64,000 nucleotides of DNA, from positions 620,001 to 684,000 of the forward strand of contig JAYWIR010000005.1 in assembly GCA_036172245.1 (NCBI GenBank), written 5' to 3'. The position numbers and the translations under genes are program-made. Below the pieces are notes generated by a model, which worked only from the letters and a program-made list of their open reading frames with translations, ran no database searches and had not been told where the DNA came from. Positions 56,801-64,000 of this stretch are shown here, piece after piece. Every line of letters starts with the position of its first letter. The first letter of the stretch is position 1. Source of the DNA: Raillietiella orientalis. Its lineage: Eukaryota.

Positions 56801-59465
56801 TTAACATTCTCACTTGTTCTCGAATTCATCTGCATTCTTTTGATACTAACGATGCCATTCCTCATTACTGTACCCACATGCGTGAGCAGCATGTGAACCT
56901 TCCCTGTGGGTCTTCGCACCGTGAAAACCGGCTGCTTTAATTGGAATACAAGGGATCGCTTGCAGAGCGTTGAATGTGGCGGAAGAAGAAGGAAAAAATC
57001 AGCAAGAATGCTTTCTAGAGACAATATTAACCTCCCCTCCCCCTTCTCTTGGGTTTCCCGGCAACTACGCTTTCCACAGAGCTTTCCAAGGCGCCCTGCA
57101 CGTGGCGCAGCAGCAGCGAGCACGCAGTGATCGAACTTTCTGCCCATCATGGGCTGCTACTGCTCCGCTCCCGCTGACAGCCTTCCGGGACCTCCAGGAG
57201 GGACGAGAGAGGAGGAGAACACGGCCGCTAATGACAGAGAATCCCGACTGTCGTCAGCGTTTCGAAGGGGAGAAAGGCACGAATCGAAGAGAGAGCAATG
57301 CCGTGTTTTCCCATCCCGTCTGCTTAGCGCCACTCTCGAACGCGGCGAACTGGAGGCGGAAACGATCCCGGTGTTCCACGTCGCACGCCCGGGAGTGTCC
57401 TGCTGAGTTGTACTTGCGTTCCGCTCTCCGCTTCCCCCAAGGGAGACGGAATCCGGGAAGAAGGGAGGAGGAGGGGAGGCATTTCTGGAGGCTGGCTGCG
57501 TCGCTCTCACGAGGCGTTGCCAGGGAAGACGCGAAGGCCGTTGGCTGGTCGCAGAGATCGCAAGAGGAAGAAGGAAGTGGAGGAGACTCACGTGAATTTC
57601 CGTCCCGCATCCCCACGATCGTGATGTCCTTGGGCTCTCCACGTCTTCACCCCCTCCTCCTCCTTCCGAACGGTTCCCTCCGCCGCAGCCTCCCACGGCG
57701 TTGTCCCCAGGCAGGAAGCGCCACCTCCCGCACCTTGCATAACTCAGAGGAACGAAATCGGGGGAGGTGACCTTTGAGAGGGGAGGGGGGGAGCGGTCGG
57801 GACGACCTCCCTTAGGCGAAGGGGACCTTCCTTCGGACCCGTGCCCGGAGCTCTCCGCTCGCCAGCAGCATGAATGCGGAAGCGGAAGAAAAACAGTGGA
57901 CTGCTCGGGACTCCTTCTGCAATTCAACACCCTCCCACCATGCAGCTGCTCGCTCCCGCTTTCGATCCTTGCAAAAACCCCGGATGCGGCAAGGGAGAAG
58001 TGGATCTCGTGGCACGCGGTGTCTAGGGGATGCCCCCTCGTGCAGCTTCCAATCCTCCAGCCGCCCCCTGCTCACGAGCATCCGGTCACCTCTCTGGTTT
58101 GCCCTGGTTTGTCCTCCCGGGGGCGCCCTTCCGCGGGAGTGCGGAGGTGTGGGATCACCCCCAGAAGCGGGGGAGTGTGTTACCCGGGACCCTGCGCGCA
58201 CGCCCTGTGGGGGCGGTAGGTGGAGGCAGTCCCCTTCCCCTCGAGGTGCGCCGGGGTCTCCTGAGGCCAAGTGCAGAAAAGGCGGCCCCTTCGCATGGCT
58301 CGGCTGCCCCGAGAGGGAGCAAGAGATGCGTCCCCGCTCCGGAGACGGAGAGGCGTTCTCGGATGGACCCCGCATTCCTGATGGACGGCGAAGCGGATCC
58401 TCTGGTCTTGCAGCCCCCCTCGAGTGGAGGAGGAGACCTCAAGGATGCTGGAGCGCACTGGACCTCCTCTGCGAGGACGGGCGGGAGCCGTCGCGGACGC
58501 GAGAGCACCCGACAGCTTCTCACAGCGCCTCCTCTTCCCCTCCTCTTCTTGCGACCGGCCCGATGCTCCTGAGAGCTTCGCATCCCGCCGTGAGGCTTTT
58601 CTTCCTCTTTGTAGCGACCCTTCCTGCCCCTCATCCTGCGGGGGAAGCTGGAAGTCTTTCCCCCCTCCCTCGCCCTCCCTCCGAGTCGCGTGCGTACCAG
58701 GAACCTCCGGGTCGGGGCACTTGACTCTCCCGCTGCGCTCCAGGTGATGACACCACTCCCTGTCCTCCCCTCCTCCTCACGTGGCACCCTTCGTGTCGTG
58801 GACGGGAGGACCGATCGGGCGATCGGCTTGCATACCGGAGGGCGCAGGAATGGAGGACCTTCGAAGAGGGTGGCGTTTCCTGCTGGCGATCCGGAAGGCG
58901 TAGGACTTGGCCGCTGCGCTTAGGGACGACGGCACTCTCGGACTGCCCGACGGCGACCACCTCGGTCCGATCCTGTAGTGGTTTTCTCCGCCGCGGCTGC
59001 GCGAGGTTCGTGGCGGATCGCCATCCTCTCCAAGGAGAAGCGCAGAGGTGGTTCTGTCGCAGGCGAGAGATCGCCTGCTGCCGATGGCTGCCGTGGCGGA
59101 GAAAGGCGCTTTCGGTTGCCGCTGTGTGTCGGGATGACGGCGACGACGAAGCACCGAAGCCTTTCGTTTCCGTTCTCGTCGTCGCGGAAACGGTGGTCCG
59201 GGGTTCCACCGAGAGAGAGGAGGTGTATCTCTCAAGGATCTCCCTGGGAATCTCGAGGCGCGCGTGGACACGCGTGCCTCCCGCTCCCCTCAGCCATCGT
59301 TCGCTCTGGGCTCCTCCTTAGCGCTCCGCCTCCTTTCAGACCCCCGGATCTCTGAGGAAGCCCGGGGGTTTGTCGGCGGAAAGGAACGAACCCATATCCT
59401 TTGACCTGCGATCGCGAGCGGCCAAGTGCGGACTCTTGCTGGCAGCGCACCGTCCTTGCCATTCG

Positions 59466-59587
59466 GCAACAATGGTGCTCTCACCGATTATTAATTTTTA
59501 TTGTTGAGGAGGCATTGTTGTCGACAATGGACCAAGCGCGGGATCCTATCGCTCCGGTCGCAACAATGGACCCATCATCATTGTTGC
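59466..59587. promoter_or_regulatory. Cluster of six ACAAT/ATTGT (Sox/HMG- or DM-type) motifs upstream of the transporter gene
   Basis: gcaacaatgg (59466), attgtt (59500), cattgtt (59513), acaatgg (59524), gcaacaatgg (59560), cattgttgc (59579). Confidence 0.4.
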
Positions 59588-60682
59588 GGGAGGTGAAAAC
59601 TTTCAGGATCCCCATCATCAGCCCTCAGATTCGTGGATTTGTCCTCGAGGAATGGCGCTGCTGCCCGGAGCCCTTCTGGCGGTCGATCCTTCTCTCTTCC
59701 CGAGTGCTGCCGGTCCCCGCCCCTTCCGTCCTCTGCTCGATCCCTTCGATCCGCTTCTGTTCCCTGCGTGCTCACTCCCCCGTGCCGCGAGTGGCTTCTC
59801 CGTTTCCTCCTTCGCCGAGTCTGTCGAGGGGAGGGTTGGGGGGATTCAAGTGAGGGAGGCACTCCCTCTGTTTCGCCCCTTCCCCTCCCCCCCTTCCTTC
59901 CGCGCGCATCTTCCCGCCCGAGCGCCGACTCACCCTTCGTTCCTTCCCTTTTTCCTCCGATTGCTCCGCTGAGCCCTGGAGTGCGCACGCTCCCCCTGTC
60001 GGTGAGAGGGTCCGCTCCCTTACCTGTGGAGCCACGCCTCCTCCCCTCCCACTTTCGCTTCCGTTCCTGCGCGCGTAACCCACGGACTCGTGAGCACGTT
60101 CCCCGCCCTAGCGCCGAGGGACGAATCCCGGTCGATCTGCATCTCCTTCTGTGGAGGCGGGACATCCGAAGGCGGGGACTTCGAAAGGGAGCGCGGGACG
60201 TTGCGAACCGGGGCTTCCGACGAGAAGAGGGTGCGCGCGCGCGTCCTGCCAGGGTCTCTCCGTTTTGCTTTCCAGAGTGTCCTGGAGCGACCTCCTGGAC
60301 GCAGCTTCGGAAGCCGCGCGGCTCCCGCTTTCTCCTGGAGGAGTGTCTTCTTCGCGCCTCCTCCTCCTCTCCTGGAACACTCCCGGAACCTGCGAGCACT
60401 TCTCCCGCCGGGGCACGACCCGGTGCAGCTGACCACCCGTCGTAGCGCCGGAACGCTCTTTTCGGGTCCAGAAGAGAAGGGAAGGAGGGGGTGAGTACGG
60501 AAGGAGAGACCGCTGACGAGGGGAGGAAAGGGACGAAGCGGCCGCTGCCGCCTCGCCCTTCCCCTGCGCTCCCCCTCGCCCCCACCCCGCACGGAGGAGA
60601 GTCCTTCCAGGGAGGGCGGGGAGCGGGGAATCGCGCTCCCCACACCGGTCCCACCGTCGCCTTCTTCCAGGGTCATCGGGAG

Positions 60683-63422
60683 ATGTCCTCGGGGGTCGGC
60701 GGCACCGGCAGGGACGCAGCGGAGCGACGCCCGTCGCCACGGTGGCTCGCGGGGGAAGCGAGACCCGTGCGGCTACTCCTGGCCGGCATGGCGCGGCGGA
60801 AGCGGCTCGACGCCGACGTGCTGGCGACGACCCTGAAGCGCTGCCTGTCCACGGTGGACATGACGCTGCTAGGTGAGAGCGCGCGCCCCGCCAGCCGGGA
60901 AGGGCCGTCCGCCACGGGCAACGCTCGCGCCGCTCTCTCTGCAGGCATTGGTCACATGGTCGGCGGAGGCATCTACGTGCTGACCGGATCGGCGGTGAGG
61001 AAGATGAGCGGACCTGCCGTCGTGGTGTCTTTCCTGCTCGCCGGGGTCGTGTCTTTCCTGGCGTCCCTCTGCTATGCCGAGTTCGGCAGCCTCGTGCCCA
61101 AGGCCGGGTCCTCTTACGTGTACGCCTATGTCACCATGGGCGAGCTGTGGGCCTTCCTGGTCGGCTGGAACATCGTCCTGGAGCACGTGATAGGTACGGA
61201 GCCCTCCGATGGCCCCTTCCCGCTCCTACCCCTCAGGGTGCGCCGGGGTCGCCCGCGCCTTTAGCGGCTACGTGGATGTGCTGGCTCAGGGAGTCATCAA
61301 GGAAACCTTTTCCTTCCGCCCGGAGGGCGTCCTCGCCGGCTGGCTGCCCGGGGACCTGGACTTCTTCGCGCTGCTCTTCTGCCTGGCGGTCACGGGCGTG
61401 CAGATGCTGGGCGTGAAGGAGTCCTCCCGGGTCAACAGCGTCCTGACGTGCGTCAGCCTGCTGGTCGTGGCCTTCATCGTGTTCGCCGGCCTGTCCTTCG
61501 CCGACGTGCGCAACCTGACCGAGCCGGACGGGTTTGCCCCCTACGGGTGGTCGGGCGTGCTGGCGGGCACGGCCACGTGCTTCTACGCCTTCGTGGGCTT
61601 CGACAGCATCGCCACGTCCAGCGAGGAGGCCATCGACCCGGCCCGCTCCGTGCCCCTGGCGACGCTCCTCTCCATGGGCATCGTCACGGCCATCTACGGG
61701 CTCGCGTCGCTGGCGCTGGTCATGATGGTCCCTTACTGGCAGGTGGATGAGGAGTCCAGCTTCGCCTCCGCCTTCGCTGCGAAGGGGCTCCACTGGGCCA
61801 AGTACGTGGTGGCCGTCGGGGCCCTCTCGTCCATGTGCACCTCCATGAGCGGCGGCATCTTCGCTCTGCTGCGCTGCATCTACTCCATCGCCAGCGACGG
61901 ACTTCTTTTCTCCCCCCTGGCCAGGATCCACACCGCCACGCAGCTGCCCTTGCTAGCGGCCGCGCTGGGGGGTGCGGCTATCGCCCTTATGGCTCTCCTC
62001 TTGGACATCACCACGCTGGTCGAGTTCATGTCCATCGGTAAGTCCGTCTATCCGTCCTGCCGCGTGGTGGGGTAGGAGGGTGTAGTAGGAGTGCGGTACT
62101 CCGCACCTCTCCGAGCACACGCTCGACCCCCCGGAGGGGTCTCTTGGAGGCGGACACGCTACCGTCAGCGGCCGCTCTTGCAGGGACTCTCATGGCCTAC
62201 GCCATCGTCTCCGCAGCAGTCGTCGTGCTCCGCTACCAGGACCTGCTAGGCAACGGCGGCGCGCCGGACCACTCCAGGAAGGAAGCCGAGGATTCGCCCA
62301 TCGTAATGACCTTTGATCCGTCCACTGGTTCCTCCTCCTTCTCTCCTCTTCCCGTATCCCGGTCTGTCGTCCCGTTCACTTCTTCACATTCCACCCCTAC
62401 CCCTGTCCTTCCTTCCTTCTTTCCTCCTCTTCTCTTCCTTTTCCTCCCTTCTTCCTCCTCCTCCAATTCCCTTCCTCCTCTTCCTCCTTCTTGCCCTTCC
62501 TTTTCCCTTCTTCCATTCCTTTCTCCTTTTCCTTCCTTCCTTCCTCTTCCTCCTCTCTCCTCCTCCCCCCCTTCTTGCTCCCTCTTTCCCATCCTCTCCC
62601 ACGCTGGTCCTTCTCGATTCTCACAGCGTGTCCCCTTCGATCTCCATCCACTTCGACATGCTGTCTTCGCTCTCCCCCTCTCCTTCTTTCTCCGCCCACC
62701 CTTTATTCGTGTTCTCCGCCTTCCACTAGGCACCTCGCCCACTCTGCTCCTGTTCCTCCTCCTCTGTCCTCCCCTTGCCCCAGAGGCCCGACGCGAGTCC
62801 CTTCCCCCGCCTCAACGCCTTCTCTTTGGCAGCTTCCGGTGGAGACGGGAACTCTCCGGGTGAGTTGGGGGGTGTTGCGACCCCTGGTGCGGTTCCCCCC
62901 GGGTCGCGTGGTCCTCGTCTGCATCTCCGTCTTCGCCGTCGGCGGCGTCTTGCTCGCCGTGGCCGTCAAGCACTTCTCCGCGACGCTGTGGGGCGTCGCG
63001 GCCGTCGTCCTCCTCTCCGCCCTGCTGTTCTCCTGTGCGTGCGCCTCTGCCGCCGTGCTCCCACCCGCTCCCTGCTGCGCTTCCAGGCGGCCTTCTCATC
63101 GGCCTCCACCGCCAGAGTCGGAAGGGCCCGTCGCTCGGTTTTCGAGTGCCCTTCGTCCCGCTGCTGCCCCTGGCGAGTGTCCTCGTCAACGTAACGCTCA
63201 TGGTCTTCCTGAACATCCTGACCTGGGTCAGGTTCGCCATCTGGATCGTCATCGGTAAGGAGACCCTTCCGCCTCCTCATTGACCCCCTCACAGGGATGG
63301 TCATCTACATGACCTACGGGATCCGCCACAGCAGGGCCGACGCCGACGCCCAGGAGGGCCAGGACGCTAGCGGCGCCCAGGATGCCCCCGGCAAGGAAGC
63401 GCCCGCACGCCTCCAGGAATAA
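60683..63422 (+). CDS. Cationic amino acid transporter (SLC7A1-4/slimfast family, APC superfamily)
   Basis: LKRCLSTVDMTLLGIGHMVGGGIYVLTG, GPAVVVSF, CYAEFGSLVPKAGSSYVY, CFYAFVGFDSIATSSEEA, EFMSIGTLMAY, FRVPFVPLLP, TWVRFAIW and YGIRHS. Introns 60873-60944, 61194-61236, 62038-62183, 62303-62832 and two short ones near 63035 and 63255; TAA at 63420-63422. Probable 5'UTR intron 60491-60670. Confidence 0.95.
62328..62700. repeat. Long C/T low-complexity (polypyrimidine) tract in a transporter intron
   Basis: Almost exclusively tcc/ttc/cct repeats on plus. Confidence 0.85.
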
Positions 63423-64000
63423 AAGGGGGTCATCCGACGCCAGCCTTTTTGTCTTCCCATCCCCCTTCCGACCCCGTCCGAGGGGTGCGGCCCACTGAGG
63501 AGCACGTGGGGACGCTCTTCCCCTCCCTTGCGCCAGGAGGTTACCGGCGCGGGAGACCCCTCCTCCCTGTTGCATTGCGCGCCCCCACTCCGTCCCACGG
63601 CTCCGCCTCTACTCCATGGCCACACCGGCGGGTCATCCCCTCGCCATGGACCGCAAGACCTTCCACCGTCGAGGAGGTCACGTGGCACGCCTTGTTCCCT
63701 CCTCATTCTTCGAGCCGACGCTTGGCTGGGCTCGGCTCACTGGAGGCACATCCCTTCCTGGACGTGCCTCCAGTGAGGCCTGTGGCCTGAAACCCCAGAC
63801 AAGACGCCCCCGCGGCGTGGGTAGGGGGAAACGAGGGTGAGGAGAGAGCTCGAGGTCACGAGGAAGAGGAGGGACAGATGCCTCGGGGTGGACATCGGTC
63901 CGAGAGGGGGTGGTGGTCGCTCTCTCCCCCCTCGACCTTTTTCCTCGACGCCCCCTCGCAGTCCTAGAGTTTTTCTCCCAGGGACGTCGGCATCGGCATG

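Noticed and set aside
53900..59400. Long GC-rich ORFs upstream of the transporter
   Set aside because: No domain signatures; low complexity.

Overview
This is eukaryotic, intron-containing DNA, probably arthropod judging by the Akt PH-domain sequence, and most of the long GC-rich ORFs in the track are spurious. It has three compositional blocks: GC/CpG-rich ~1-26 kb, AT-rich and partly CpG-poor ~28.5-50.7 kb, and GC/CpG-rich ~51-64 kb. Well-supported genes are Akt/PKB (minus, 8 coding exons), USP5/13 deubiquitinase (plus, 11 exons), a cationic amino-acid transporter of the SLC7A/slimfast type (plus), and a pericentrin/AKAP9-like PACT-domain gene (minus). Manual splicing reveals a 4-exon coiled-coil reading frame that starts only 244 nt downstream of the Akt stop on the same strand. 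It may be the 5' end of the PACT gene. Its tight spacing and a phase-compatible acceptor suggest a dicistronic/trans-spliced unit or an Akt-coiled-coil/PACT chimeric isoform, which is the top lead and is unproven. Also present: a cluster of dead Tx1/L1-like LINE fragments with inversion, duplicated 3'UTRs and two perfect hairpins; a ~450-bp duplicated segment; and clusters of MEF2-like and Sox/DM-like motifs. GC and CpG statements are by-eye estimates.
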